From positions 1 to 35,192 of the IMG/VR virus record IMGVR_UViG_3300027956_000028: DNA of 35,192 nt; one strand, given 5' to 3'. Position numbers and translations under genes: made by a program. This stretch comes from a virus. Taxonomy: Duplodnaviria; Caudoviricetes. The notes beneath the pieces were generated by a model. That model did not search any database, was not told the origin of the DNA, and saw nothing but the letters and a program-made list of their open reading frames with translations. Within the stretch, counting starts at the first letter, position 1. Every line of letters starts with the position of its first letter. This document shows, one piece after another, positions 19,546 through 27,366 of this stretch.

Positions 19546-21276
19546 TTACCCTCTCCATTCGTTCCAGTGGATACGCGGAGGGCGGAAGCTATTTGCGCCC
19601 AGCCTGGTCCTCTGGAACAACTGTTCGGTCATCTGGTCATTGGCGCTATTGACCGCCCGAGCCCGCACGTCGAAGTAACCATACAGCAGCGCCACCAGGG
19701 CGTCCGCCACATCCCACTCCGGCGCCAGCGGGCTCGAGATATTGGGGTAGCGGTTCAGGTAATTGCGCAGGACGTTCAGGATCGGGATATCCTCGTCCGA
19801 AATGAAGAAGAAGCCCGAGGCGAGCAGCGGCTGCAAAAAGGTATACTGCCGGTCGCCCTTCTTCTCGTTCGGCAACTGCTTGCTCTCGATCGGGTTGATC
19901 CGCACGCCCGGGTTCTGCTGCACCATCTGCACAAAGAGCGCCCCGCCGCCGTAGGTCTCGCACCAGGCCCGGTTGAAGTTCGGATAGGTCCGCTGGGTCT
20001 GCACCACATAACCCATGCCGGCGCTCGCCGAACACTTCTCAAGTATCCCCCCCGAGACGCACACGCCACCCATCGGGATCCGCAATCCATACAACATGCA
20101 GAAGTGCGACGTGCCGCCTTCCTTCTTGTCCGAGTAGACCGGGTCGATCCCGGCGTCCATCAGCCATTCCGTTTTACGGATCGTCTCATGCCCGATCGTG
20201 TAATACTTGTAGACCGCCCCGGCGCGCCCGGCTTTGTCGTCCAGAAGGAACATTTGCCAGAACCTCTTCGGGTTCATCTGCTGGCTGTTCCAGATCCGCA
20301 CCACTGCCTCCATGGTGTAGACCTCGGGCCAGGTCAATTTCACGCGGCGGTTCAGCGGCTCGAACATTTCCCCTTCCGGGTCGTCTGTAAAGATCGGGAT
20401 CTTCACCAGCTCGAGTAGTCCCGTCCCCAGCATGAAGGCATACACATCGTTGTCACTGTCCCACGGCGTACACACCACTGCAAACGTCATGGGGCGCTTC
20501 GGGTCGGTCCAGGTCGGCAGTACATTGCCGTCGAACATATCCACCACGTTCTTCATCTCGGTCGCGCTTTTGGTATTCTTCTCGTCGTGCAGGTCGTCGA
20601 ACCATTCGCCGTTCGTGGGGTGTAAGCCGATCAGCATCCCGCTTTCAATTCCCGCACACACCAGGCTCGCCTCTGAGGTATGGTCGGCGAAACACATCTC
20701 CCGCCAGCGGCTATACCCGCCCTCGGCGTTCACAATATTCGTATCCTGCACAAAGAAGCCCGCCTTCTTGCTCCAGCCGGCTTTCTCGTCCGGGATCACA
20801 TTGGGAAAGCACGCCTTCCAGGCGAAACTATTCTCGATGATCATGGCAATCGCATCGCCCGATTCCTGCGCCTTCGTGTCGTTGATCCGAATGAATGCCA
20901 TCGAGCCGACCGGGTTGTTCCCCAGAAGCAGCAGCACCCAGACCAGCAGATCCGTAGACTTGCCAATGCCGCGCCACGCCTGCACCATCACACCCTTTTT
21001 CTCTTTGTACGCCTTTAGCAACCCACGCAGGATCGGCATGTGCGACTTCGGATACTCCCGCCGGGTAAGACACCAATATAAATTCTTGTAGCCCGGCTCA
21101 GAAATCTCACGCGCCAGCGTCCCGCGCGCCCTCAGAACCTCCCGCTCCCGCTCGCTCGCCGGCGCATCTGCCCAGGCTTTCAACAGGTCGGCAACCGGAA
21201 CGTTCCCCGCCTCCTTCTGGATCATTTCGATCAGCTTTTCGGTAGGAATGTTCGAAAGGTCGGAATAGTCGATCAC
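19546..21276 (-). CDS. terL: Terminase large subunit
   Basis: Walker A 'AWRGIGKST', Walker B 'WFDDLHD', coupling motif 'VCTPW', nuclease 'GIDP' and 'DVADAL'. Confidence 0.9.
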   Translation of the reverse strand: MIDYSDLSNIPTEKLIEMIQKEAGNVPVADLLKAWADAPASEREREVLRARGTLAREISEPGYKNLYWCLTRREYPKSHMPILRGLLKAYKEKKGVMVQAWRGIGKSTDLLVWVLLLLGNNPVGSMAFIRINDTKAQESGDAIAMIIENSFAWKACFPNVIPDEKAGWSKKAGFFVQDTNIVNAEGGYSRWREMCFADHTSEASLVCAGIESGMLIGLHPTNGEWFDDLHDEKNTKSATEMKNVVDMFDGNVLPTWTDPKRPMTFAVVCTPWDSDNDVYAFMLGTGLLELVKIPIFTDDPEGEMFEPLNRRVKLTWPEVYTMEAVVRIWNSQQMNPKRFWQMFLLDDKAGRAGAVYKYYTIGHETIRKTEWLMDAGIDPVYSDKKEGGTSHFCMLYGLRIPMGGVCVSGGILEKCSASAGMGYVVQTQRTYPNFNRAWCETYGGGALFVQMVQQNPGVRINPIESKQLPNEKKGDRQYTFLQPLLASGFFFISDEDIPILNVLRNYLNRYPNISSPLAPEWDVADALVALLYGYFDVRARAVNSANDQMTEQLFQRTRLGANSFRPPRIHWNEWRG

Positions 21277-21305
21277 GCGTCGATCTCCCTGTCAAGTTCT
21301 TTGTT

Positions 21306-21541
21306 CATTTCACGCTTCCTGTTTTATTGGGACGCCTCGATGGCGGCGAAATGCAACCGTGCTGCGATTGTCACGCCAAGCCCGGATGCGCAACTTGTCG
21401 CCGACGACAGTAAACCGGAACCTGTGAACCAAGCCGCAATCACAGCAGGCTATTTTGTAATCTTTACGACGCCAATCTAAATCCACCTTCTGACCTGCCT
21501 CGATGTTGGGATAGAGTTTTTTTGACATTTCACGCTTCCTG
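21306..21541. repeat. 16-bp direct repeats flanking the 72-aa gene
   Basis: CATTTCACGCTTCCTG occurs at 21306-21321 and 21526-21541. Confidence 0.9.
21310..21528 (-). CDS. Small CCDC..VH protein, paralog of 29400..29717
   Basis: 'YPNIE.GQ.VDLDWR.KDYKIACCDCGLVHRFRFTV.G.KLRIRAWRDNRST.AFRRHR' is shared with the cassette gene. Confidence 0.8.
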   Translation of the reverse strand: MSKKLYPNIEAGQKVDLDWRRKDYKIACCDCGLVHRFRFTVVGDKLRIRAWRDNRSTVAFRRHRGVPIKQEA

Positions 21542-21598
21542 CGAACGGTTGGTGGTCAGTTCTTCGGTCGAGATCTTGGAAGGGTCAGAATAGTTCAT
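21530..21598 (-). pseudogene. Remnant of a terL 5' end
   Basis: MNYSDPSKISTEEL aligns with the TerL N-terminus MIDYSDLSNIPTEKL, and its start is coupled to the upstream stop. Confidence 0.55.
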
Positions 21599-21885
21599 GT
21601 GACGATCATTTGCACAAACTCGGGGTTATCGCGCATAACCTGATAAACACCAAACGATAAAACATCTACCGTCTCTTCGTCCACATCTCGACATGCTTGC
21701 ATGAGAATGCCGTGGATAACCTCATGCAAAAGTACTTGTGTGTTTGCCTGATGATTCATAGACGCCTCAGTCTGAATGGTGGTACTGTGGTGACTGATAT
21801 GTCCATCCAGCTTCTTTTTGCCTCTGTGTAAATCACCAACACGCAGCACATCGTAAACGAGCGCGCCTATTTTTATCTTGTTCAC
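21595..21885 (-). CDS. Small phage HExxH metallopeptidase-like protein
   Basis: 'LLHEVIHGI...EE.V' motif. Likely GTG start at 21885. Confidence 0.7.
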   Translation of the reverse strand: MNKIKIGALVYDVLRVGDLHRGKKKLDGHISHHSTTIQTEASMNHQANTQVLLHEVIHGILMQACRDVDEETVDVLSFGVYQVMRDNPEFVQMIVT

Positions 21886-22025
21886 GGCAGCGGTCTCGCA
21901 AAAATACCCAGGATCACAACACCCGCAAATGCCATCATCAGCAACCAGACAAGGACATACGCCACTTTGCGCGGTATGCCCTTGAGCTTTTCGCCGATGA
22001 TAATGTCGATAATGTCGTAGTCCAT
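21882..22025 (-). CDS. 47-aa single-TM protein
   Basis: MDYDIIDIIIGEKLKGIPRKVAYVLVWLLMMAFAGVVILGIFARPLP, with a GGAG RBS and GTGA coupling to the next gene. Confidence 0.55.
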   Translation of the reverse strand: MDYDIIDIIIGEKLKGIPRKVAYVLVWLLMMAFAGVVILGIFARPLP

Positions 22026-22028
22026 GTT

Positions 22029-22562
22029 TCACACTCCAAGATAATTAGCAACTCTGCGATAGGTTTCAGCAGATAGGAAGTCGGCAGGATGCTTGTTGCG
22101 CTTCTTATTGTTACAGGAGCAGCAGGCTGGAACTATATTTCGTTTCGTGTATTCGCCGCCTTTCGAAACAGGGATGAAGTGTTCCTGAATCAGCCTTTTG
22201 TCAGAGCCGCAATAAGCACACCTGCTGTCAAAATCTATTAGTATTTGCTTCCACTCTTTAGCAGTCAAAGATGATGGAAGCCCATTCTTTTTTGCTGCGT
22301 ATCGCTGGACAGCCATCATTCGAGCCAAGCGTCCCTTTGCTGTTTCGAAGTAACTATTTATCGCTCTTCGAAGCGAAGACTTGCCCTTGTCGCTTTGAAA
22401 ATACCTTTTGTTTGCGCCTTTGTTTGATTCGTACATAAAACTTCTGTAAAGGGGATCGCCTCTCCGTGCTTTCATGCCGCAACGAGGCGAGCAATACGAG
22501 TTCTTTGACTGATTGCCTATATATTGCTTTCTACAAACCGAGCATGTCTTTTGAATTCTCAT
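22029..22562 (-). CDS. HNH endonuclease
   Basis: 'CAYCG...EHFIPVSKGG....NIVPACCSCNNKK' plus an N-terminal CxxC...YCS..C. Visibly lower GC than the flanks. Confidence 0.9.
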   Translation of the reverse strand: MRIQKTCSVCRKQYIGNQSKNSYCSPRCGMKARRGDPLYRSFMYESNKGANKRYFQSDKGKSSLRRAINSYFETAKGRLARMMAVQRYAAKKNGLPSSLTAKEWKQILIDFDSRCAYCGSDKRLIQEHFIPVSKGGEYTKRNIVPACCSCNNKKRNKHPADFLSAETYRRVANYLGV

Positions 22563-22813
22563 AAAATTCTTATCGGTATATTGTTAATCATCGGATAGGT
22601 ATTAATATAATAGGTTAAATAATTTAACAACGTGGCGCCGGGGTGTACGGGGTTTCGTCCCCCCACCCCCCTGGCATCGAAAGTGATTTTGCCGTTTCAA
22701 ATTTTCAGCCTTTCTCTCACGCAGTGGGGGAGTGGCTGGCTTGTGTGTGTCGTGCGCTGGCACATGCACCACATCGTAGTCATACTCAGGTACGTATGCG
22801 ATCATCGGCGCTG

Positions 22814-23377
22814 TCATTCGTCTGCCTTCTGGTCGGTGGGGGAGGCGTCGATCACGCCGTTATCCTGCTCATCTATGCGCACTTTATTACTTGCGGATAT
22901 GTCGCTTTCCGTAACTAATCCCTCTATTGCCTCCGGCTCTCGTTCGTGTAGGTGAGACAACAGCAACACAAGCGTTGGTATGCCTGGCGGCGGTGGCTCT
23001 ACCTCGCCGCGCTCCTGTGATGCCGACAAGCCAGACTCTTGCAGGATGAAGCGGGCCGCGTCGACCTGCTTCGCGTTGTCTGGATTGAGAGCTTTCATCA
23101 TTACGGCCTCGCCAAGAGCCTCCACTACGTCCAGATCACTGGGCGTTTCCCAATCGCCGCCGCGCTCCAGGGTCTTGGCAGCCCCTGCAAGAAGCCTGGC
23201 GCGCTTCTGTTCCTGCCTCGCGCGATGGAGCGCGATAGATTTGTCACTGCTGTCTATGAGTACATGCGGCGGCGGCTTGACAATGTGACCATTGCTTGCG
23301 TCCTTCTCCATGCCGTTGTCATATACCCAAATGGTTTTGCCGCCTCTCTCGACGGTTTCTATTACCTGTGATGCCAT
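22814..23377 (-). CDS. Putative terminase small subunit
   Basis: First large gene of the operon upstream of terL, with helical core 'AVMMKAL....KQVDAARFIL' and an acidic tail. Confidence 0.55.
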   Translation of the reverse strand: MASQVIETVERGGKTIWVYDNGMEKDASNGHIVKPPPHVLIDSSDKSIALHRARQEQKRARLLAGAAKTLERGGDWETPSDLDVVEALGEAVMMKALNPDNAKQVDAARFILQESGLSASQERGEVEPPPPGIPTLVLLLSHLHEREPEAIEGLVTESDISASNKVRIDEQDNGVIDASPTDQKADE

Positions 23378-23396
23378 ATCGGCTATCCGCAATCCA

Positions 23397-23528
23397 CTAC
23401 AACCAGATCCCAATGCCGGCGAGACACAATCCGGCACACAACCAATTGACTCGGCTTGGGCCGCCTATCAACGGCTCAAGCGCGCCAATGCCCCAGGCGA
23501 TCACGGCTAAGACTAAAAAGATATTCAT
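23397..23528 (-). CDS. 43-aa two-TM protein
   Basis: MNIFLVLAVIAWGIGALEPLIGGPSRVNWLCAGLCLAGIGIWL with an AAGGAG RBS. Confidence 0.6.
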   Translation of the reverse strand: MNIFLVLAVIAWGIGALEPLIGGPSRVNWLCAGLCLAGIGIWL

Positions 23529-23546
23529 ATCACACTCCTTCTATAA

Positions 23547-23636
23547 ACACAGAAAGCCGACAGGGACATAATGTCACTGCCGGCTGATATTTGATTTACT
23601 GCCCGTATATTATCACACTTCCCCGCGGCTATACAA
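23547..23636 (-). promoter_or_regulatory. Promoter and leader hairpin of the packaging operon
   Basis: TTGTAT-18 nt-TAATAT with a TG extension, then CAGTAAAT, then hairpin AGCCGGCAGTGACAT-T-ATGTCCCTGTCGGCT followed by TTCTGTGTTT. Confidence 0.55.
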
Positions 23637-23724
23637 CCTCCCCGCCCCTTGCACGATCACACTCCATCTTCCGAGTAGTACAAATGTCATATGTAAGATA
23701 TTACAAATATCACTGTTTCACCCC

Positions 23725-23752
23725 TTGACACAGTATCATTACGTGATACACT
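23725..23752 (+). promoter_or_regulatory. Sigma70-like promoter of the plus-strand island with an overlapping operator
   Basis: TTGACA-16 nt-TACACT with extended TG. Inverted repeat GTATCA-N5-TGATAC at 23733-23749. Confidence 0.75.
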
Positions 23753-23764
23753 AAGAGAGTAAGA

Positions 23765-23886
23765 GCACATTGACAACCGAACAGGTACAAAAGCCCGCCT
23801 CTGCGACAACAGAGACGGGCCGGCTCACCCGCTAGGATAAGCCGCTCCAATTGTACCCCACTCACCCGCTAAAAAAGGAATAAGCC
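23765..23886 (+). promoter_or_regulatory. Structured 5' leader (boxA-like element plus three-stem junction)
   Basis: GCACATTGACAACCGAA, then stems GGTACAA/TTGTACC, GCCCGCCTCTG/CAGAGACGGGC and CGGCT/AGCCG. CTCACCCGCTA...ATAAGCC is repeated. Confidence 0.5.
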
Positions 23887-23979
23887 ATGATCACTCTCGC
23901 CAACGCCCCCACCATCATTATCCTGATCGTAATCGTCCCCTTCGCAATCGCAATCTATAACACCTATTTCAAGTCATAA
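23887..23979 (+). CDS. 30-aa hydrophobic peptide
   Basis: MITLANAPTIIILIVIVPFAIAIYNTYFKS with an AAGGA RBS. Confidence 0.55.
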   Translation: MITLANAPTIIILIVIVPFAIAIYNTYFKS

Positions 23980-23990
23980 GGAAAAACATC

Positions 23991-24281
23991 ATGTTACAAA
24001 TTATTGAAGTCAAGCCCCGCACATACAAGGTTCCTTCCATAGACAACCGCAACCGCAAAGGTTACGCAATGTACTCGCTGGTTGCCGGCAAACTCGGCAC
24101 ACCCCTAACTGCTGAACTGACCACCCTGAGCGGCGATAAGGTAGAAGTTCGGTTCTCAGCGACCGGCTGGACGCTGGATTGCAAACACCCCGCAACCCGC
24201 ATTTACTCCTGGCTTGTTGGTGAAACTCTATGCGCCGGCTGTTGTGTGTGTGGCGCGGTCCTCTCCGGCGGCGTATCATGA
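23991..24281 (+). CDS. Hypothetical protein with a Cys-rich C-terminus
   Basis: AAGGA RBS, 'C.HP...CAGCCVCG' motif and ATGA coupling to the next gene. Confidence 0.65.
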   Translation: MLQIIEVKPRTYKVPSIDNRNRKGYAMYSLVAGKLGTPLTAELTTLSGDKVEVRFSATGWTLDCKHPATRIYSWLVGETLCAGCCVCGAVLSGGVS

Positions 24282-24484
24282 CCCCTCAACGCATCGGCTC
24301 CCTCTCCAAGTCCGCCCGCCTGATCGTCCTGCAAAGGATGATCGACGCCGGCACCCTGTCCACCAATAAGAACGAACTGGCGCGGCTATTCAAAGTCTCC
24401 CGCTTCACCCTCTACCGCGACCTGGCAGACCTTGAAGAACTCAAGCCCATCTTGAAGGAACTACTCAAGAAGGTGCAATCATGA
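24278..24484 (+). CDS. HTH DNA-binding protein
   Basis: 'KNELARLFKVSRFTLYRDLADL' is an HTH_11/DeoR-like helix-turn-helix. Confidence 0.8.
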   Translation: MTPQRIGSLSKSARLIVLQRMIDAGTLSTNKNELARLFKVSRFTLYRDLADLEELKPILKELLKKVQS

Positions 24485-25416
24485 ACTCCCTTACTCTCTC
24501 CCCTTCCACTTTCGACTACTCCGCCCTGGACCGCGCCGACCTTGCACACGGCACCCTCCGGCACTATAAAGCCGCCATTGCCCTGCTGATCGCCTCGAAC
24601 ATCAACCCCTTCGACTACCACCAGCTTGCAGACTACGCCGCGGCTCTGCCTTCCTCCGGGCGCTCCAACCTCAAAGCCGCGCTGGCGATCATCACAAGGG
24701 ATTACGTCAACCAGGTCAAAGCCGGCGCGACCGTGGATAATCACGCAGCCGTGCAGGCGTTCCTCTGGAAGATCGACGCCATGAACGAAGCGATCACCAT
24801 CACCCAGCCCGACTCCCAGCGCCAGCCGCATTGGCTCTCGCAAAGCCAGGTCGACCAGATCACCTCCCTCGCCCTCTCTCGCTCCATGCGGGATTACATC
24901 GTTCTGGCTACCCTCCTGGGTGCAGGCCTCAGACGGGAAGAGATGGAGACTTTGACCTTTGACTCCCTGCGCCAGATCCCAAACCAGAACACCCTACTCG
25001 ATGTCCTGGTCATCCACGGCAAGGGTGATAAAAAGCGCGTCGTCCGTATCTCCTCCCTGCTCGCCTCCCACTTGCGCGAATGGAAAGCGATCACCGGCGG
25101 CGGGCGCGTGGCTCGCTCTCTTGATAAGACAGGCGCGCTTGGGTCCAGCCTGTCCGCGGTCGGCATCTTCAGCATCGTCCGCAAATATGGCGCGCTTCTC
25201 GGCATCCCCAACCTGGACCCCCACGACCTCAGGCGCTCCTACGGCCGGCTTATGTACGAAGCCACCGGCGATATTATCCTGGTCATGAGCCTGCTGGGTC
25301 ACTCCAGCGTCAGGACCACCCAGAAATACATCGGACTGGACATCCGCCTGGACATCGACGAGGCCGCTTTCCCGGTCGGCGACAGGGATTATGTTATGAA
25401 GGTATCCGGCGATTGA
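24481..25416 (+). CDS. XerC/D-like tyrosine recombinase
   Basis: Catalytic residues R (GLRREE), K (HGKGDK), HxxR (HDLRR) and H/Y (LLGHSSVRTTQKY). 311 aa with no obvious arm-binding domain. Confidence 0.92.
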   Translation: MNSLTLSPSTFDYSALDRADLAHGTLRHYKAAIALLIASNINPFDYHQLADYAAALPSSGRSNLKAALAIITRDYVNQVKAGATVDNHAAVQAFLWKIDAMNEAITITQPDSQRQPHWLSQSQVDQITSLALSRSMRDYIVLATLLGAGLRREEMETLTFDSLRQIPNQNTLLDVLVIHGKGDKKRVVRISSLLASHLREWKAITGGGRVARSLDKTGALGSSLSAVGIFSIVRKYGALLGIPNLDPHDLRRSYGRLMYEATGDIILVMSLLGHSSVRTTQKYIGLDIRLDIDEAAFPVGDRDYVMKVSGD

Positions 25417-25422
25417 AACACA

Positions 25423-25517
25423 TAAGCCCTCATCAAAACGATGAGGGCTTACAATAAGTGCTCCCCTTGAACACCCCGTAGATGAGACGACAGTGACGAG
25501 ATCCACCTACGGGGTGT
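25423..25517. terminator. Two hairpins between convergent genes
   Basis: TAAGCCCTCATC/GATGAGGGCTTA (25423-25451) and ACACCCCGTAG/CTACGGGGTGT (25471-25517). Confidence 0.6.
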
Positions 25518-25523
25518 AATTCA

Positions 25524-26171
25524 TTATGGATATTGATACACACTCGGCAGTGGCTGCGAGGTGTCCATCTCTGTTAGCAACTCAAGCGGATAACTCGCAT
25601 CTGTCGAGGTCAGTACCGGCACATAGACCGGCTTCCCCCATCCGCCTTTGAAGGGTCTGATCACAATGCTCCTGAGTTCCACCGACCAATCCACATTGAC
25701 AGCCTCGAACCACAGGAACCGCCGCGCCATGACATATTCCACAGACGGGATCGGCTTGCGGGTATCGATGGCGTCGATCAGCAGCCTGGACCCGCTAGGA
25801 GTACCCGTCAGGAACGCTCCACCACACACCCGCATTTGATCGAAGGCAGGGTCTTTTTCGGTCACGTCCATGTTGTTGATGTAGTCGTGCCGTCCGGGAA
25901 ATCCCGTCCCGTTCGTGAACGCCAGCGTATTCCCCAAACATCGCCGCCACTGGTCGTCTGTGAGTTGTGGATTCATTCCCCGCCATAGCCGCTGTAGGGG
26001 TTCGGTTAGGATGACGTGCAGGTCTGGGTCGAGCCTGAATACCTCCGGCAGGTTCGCTCGCCAGGAGGTTTTGTCGTGGTTGACGCGCCAGATACGCGGC
26101 GAAGCGGAAGGAAGTTCCAGCGCGCCACTTACGGGCTTCTGCCCCTCGACGGCGAGAGTGAAGGCGGTCAC
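25524..26171 (-). CDS. Hypothetical lysis-module protein
   Basis: 215 aa, GTGA-coupled to the endolysin. Its N-terminus repeats the endolysin C-terminal motif. Confidence 0.7.
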   Translation of the reverse strand: MTAFTLAVEGQKPVSGALELPSASPRIWRVNHDKTSWRANLPEVFRLDPDLHVILTEPLQRLWRGMNPQLTDDQWRRCLGNTLAFTNGTGFPGRHDYINNMDVTEKDPAFDQMRVCGGAFLTGTPSGSRLLIDAIDTRKPIPSVEYVMARRFLWFEAVNVDWSVELRSIVIRPFKGGWGKPVYVPVLTSTDASYPLELLTEMDTSQPLPSVYQYP

Positions 26172-27277
26172 GCCTTCTCCAATTCCCCGCTATAAGGCTT
26201 GTATCCATCCACCGCGAGAGTGAACGGCGTTTTCACAACCGGATCGGGCGGCGGCTCATCCGGCACACTCACCCACTGCCAGCCAATGTATTGCTGGCTG
26301 GTCCCGGCGCTTGCCCACTCATCGCCCACCACCGCCGCGCCATTGATCTTTGTCAGGTGCAGCCACTGCGGGAGGGTGGTGTCCTGCCGGTCTGCCTCGA
26401 TCGTGTCACCGGTGACGAGATAGCGCGAAGGGGAAAACGTGCTGCCGGCCGGCGCATTGCGCCGCGTAACATTTCCCTTGGCTGTGCCTTTTATGATATT
26501 CATCGTGCCTCCATTCGGCGCAGGTGCGCCAAGTCCAAACCGCAGACTAAAACTGCGAGCGCTACAGCAGTACCAATTGAGGTCGATCTCAAGCGACCCG
26601 ACCCCGTGCAGCTTTCCGTCTCCACTCGAAGTACGCTGCCAGAAGAGAAGGTCCGACTCACTCCACGGAGCAGGCACCCGCACGACACTCATATTTGCGT
26701 ACCATGCCAGCCACAACGGGTAGCGCTCGAAGAAGGGATCGTTCCCGATGCGCTCTGTGAACCAGAAGAAGCCGGTGTAGATGACAATGCGATCATCCGG
26801 CAGACGGGAGAGCCGCTGGAACTCAAGGATGAATTCCTTCATGTGCGCCTTACTGCCATACGCCCCCCCGTACCCTTCTTCCAGGTCTGCCGCATGTACC
26901 AGCTCGCCCGGGTCGTCCTTGATCAGAGACCACCACAACGCGGCTTGTTTCTTTGGATCCTCCCGGCTGTCGTAGAGCCAGTACGAGCCGCGCGGCAGTC
27001 TGGCTTCCTTCGCCTTCTGCCAGTTCTCCTTGAAGCGGACATCCACCCAGAACCTTTGCCCGGCACGGATGATCACGCCGTCGATCCCCGTTGCTCGCAT
27101 CACCCGGAAGTCGATCTCGCCCTGGTAGTACGAAACATCTGCAAGCTGGACCTGTGTCTCAATTGCAATGGACGGAGCAAGCAGGGCGAGAAGCGAAGGA
27201 TCAAACGCCCGCCCCGCGCTCATTCCAGGACGCTCGCCGCGCAAATGACGGATAACGGACAGTAGACTTGCTTTCAT
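26168..27277 (-). CDS. GH25 muramidase endolysin with an SH3-like C-terminal domain
   Basis: 'DVSYYQG', 'RAGQ...D..F..NW', 'DLE', 'IYTG', 'LWLAWY', 'WQ.TS.G' and 'IDLN' are GH25 motifs. The ATG at 27277 was chosen from ATGA coupling. Confidence 0.9.
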   Translation of the reverse strand: MKASLLSVIRHLRGERPGMSAGRAFDPSLLALLAPSIAIETQVQLADVSYYQGEIDFRVMRATGIDGVIIRAGQRFWVDVRFKENWQKAKEARLPRGSYWLYDSREDPKKQAALWWSLIKDDPGELVHAADLEEGYGGAYGSKAHMKEFILEFQRLSRLPDDRIVIYTGFFWFTERIGNDPFFERYPLWLAWYANMSVVRVPAPWSESDLLFWQRTSSGDGKLHGVGSLEIDLNWYCCSARSFSLRFGLGAPAPNGGTMNIIKGTAKGNVTRRNAPAGSTFSPSRYLVTGDTIEADRQDTTLPQWLHLTKINGAAVVGDEWASAGTSQQYIGWQWVSVPDEPPPDPVVKTPFTLAVDGYKPYSGELEKA

Positions 27278-27366
27278 GTGGGATATCCTGTAAGGTACAA
27301 GCATAGGAGAATGATCAAAGTGATCAGTAGGATCCGCAGCAGCGACCAGAGCAGACGCCGCTTCAC
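27274..27366 (-). CDS. 30-aa membrane peptide
   Basis: GTG start, MKRRLLWSLLRILLITLIILLCLYLTGYPT, overlapping both neighbours by 4 nt. Confidence 0.45.
   Translation of the reverse strand: MKRRLLWSLLRILLITLIILLCLYLTGYPT

Noticed and set aside
19444-20418. 324-aa plus-strand ORF, and similarly 26291..27265 and 14210..14911
   Set aside because: They are antisense to terL, the endolysin and the giant protein, which is typical of high-GC codon bias.
22029-22562. HNH protein as an IscB/Cas9-like nuclease
   Set aside because: It is only 177 aa, with no RuvC motifs or associated RNA evident.
22602-22817. 71-aa ORF after terS
   Set aside because: Its start is coupled to terS, but it runs through the G-tract and AT-rich region with implausible composition, so it is not supported as a gene.
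24481-25416. Tyrosine recombinase as the integron integrase for the attC cassette
   Set aside because: The IntI-specific insertion before the HxxR box is not evident, no attI or cassette array is adjacent, and the cassette is 4 kb away.
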